NCBI GenBank assembly: GCA_032127635.1
Contig: JAQBHN010000037.1
Location: forward strand, 1 to 59,696
Source of the DNA: Nitrososphaerota archaeon
GTDB taxonomy: Archaea > Thermoproteota > Nitrososphaeria > Nitrososphaerales > Nitrosopumilaceae
Direction of reading: 5' to 3'
DNA: 59,696 bases
A model generated the notes under the pieces. It saw only the letters and a program-made list of their open reading frames with translations, was not told the origin of the DNA and did no database searches. The position numbers and the translations under genes are program-made. Within the stretch, counting starts at the first letter, position 1; each line of letters starts with the position of its first letter. This document shows, piece after piece, positions 59,139-59,696 of this stretch.

Positions 59139-59696
59139 CTAAGGAATTGCTCTGCTGTACAATTTGCCTTCTAAGGCCATCTTGTACATCTCGGCAACGT
59201 ATGGGTTCTCTCCAGGAGTTTCTGCACCTAGTTCTACGAGTCGAGCATATACTCTAACTACGTATGCTAGTGCGCCCATGAAAGCCACTACGACTCCCAT
59301 GTTAAACATCCAATGGTTTGGAACTGCAAAGATTTCTTCTACAAACCAGAAATGCCACATCTCATTGACACCAATTGTAAACATGGTTGCAAGGTAACCA
59401 AGAATGGTCATCTTCAATCCAGTGTTCATTGAATTATTTGGGCCTCTAAGAACTGGGATTTTTCTATCATAGATTGCTGCTGCTCCCCATCCAAGTGGTA
59501 ATGTGATGAAGTGGGAATATAGCCACCAGTGTGCTGGTGTAAATGCACTATCTCTGATAGATGTCTGATGTAAAGAACCGTCAACTAAGTTGTCTTCTTC
59601 GACTGTGGCTGAAGTTGATCCCATAGCTATGATGATGAGCCAGACTTTCTTTAGTCTTTTAATATCAACTTCTTTTGGAATTAATGCGGGCATCTG
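59139..59696 (-). CDS. amoC: Archaeal ammonia monooxygenase subunit C (5' end probably outside window)
   Basis: DGSLHQ, FTPAHWWLYSH, NEMWHFWF.EE.FAVPNHW; frame open to the window edge (..QMPALIPK). Confidence 0.97.
   Translation of the reverse strand, partial: QMPALIPKEVDIKRLKKVWLIIIAMGSTSATVEEDNLVDGSLHQTSIRDSAFTPAHWWLYSHFITLPLGWGAAAIYDRKIPVLRGPNNSMNTGLKMTILGYLATMFTIGVNEMWHFWFVEEIFAVPNHWMFNMGVVVAFMGALAYVVRVYARLVELGAETPGENPYVAEMYKMALEGKLYSRAIP

Noticed and set aside
155-59397. Numerous long antisense or alternate-frame ORFs in the track (e.g. 3394..3897, 13434..13928, 24748..25332, 25721..26371, 39761..40357, 48048..48638)
   Set aside because: They are shadows of well-supported genes, with Ser/Phe/Ile-rich composition and no motifs

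Overview
This is a gene-dense, AT-rich chromosomal segment from an ammonia-oxidising archaeon of the Nitrosopumilus type (Nitrososphaerota). It ends in the amoA-amoX-amoC cluster, with the 5' end of amoC cut by the window edge. Most of it is core housekeeping: apt, mtnP, top6A/B, Dim2-like KH protein, RIO1, aIF2-beta, uppS, pyrF, purA/B, sua5, rps17e, rps11, a histone, rtcB, thiL, valS, pheS/T, trpS, pdxS/T, aconitase, coaD, an orphan Dam methylase and seven intron-less tRNAs. I saw no transposase, intact integrase, CRISPR array or rRNA. The most notable items are: (1) a ubiquitin-like (IHGG) domain fused to KEOPS subunit Cgi121 beside sua5 and THUMP; (2) an unannotated ~170-nt two-hairpin RNA with H/ACA guide architecture between the EVE gene and pheT; (3) several apparently degenerate nuclease- or recombinase-like domains inside ordinary genes (top6B insertion, QueD N-terminal fusion, Mrr-like ORF, HNH-like tail); (4) uppS lacking a canonical start codon; (5) a degenerate CarH-like B12-domain regulator; (6) several microproteins missed by the ORF track; (7) near-exact intragenic duplications. 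All family assignments come from motif recognition by eye, not from database searches.
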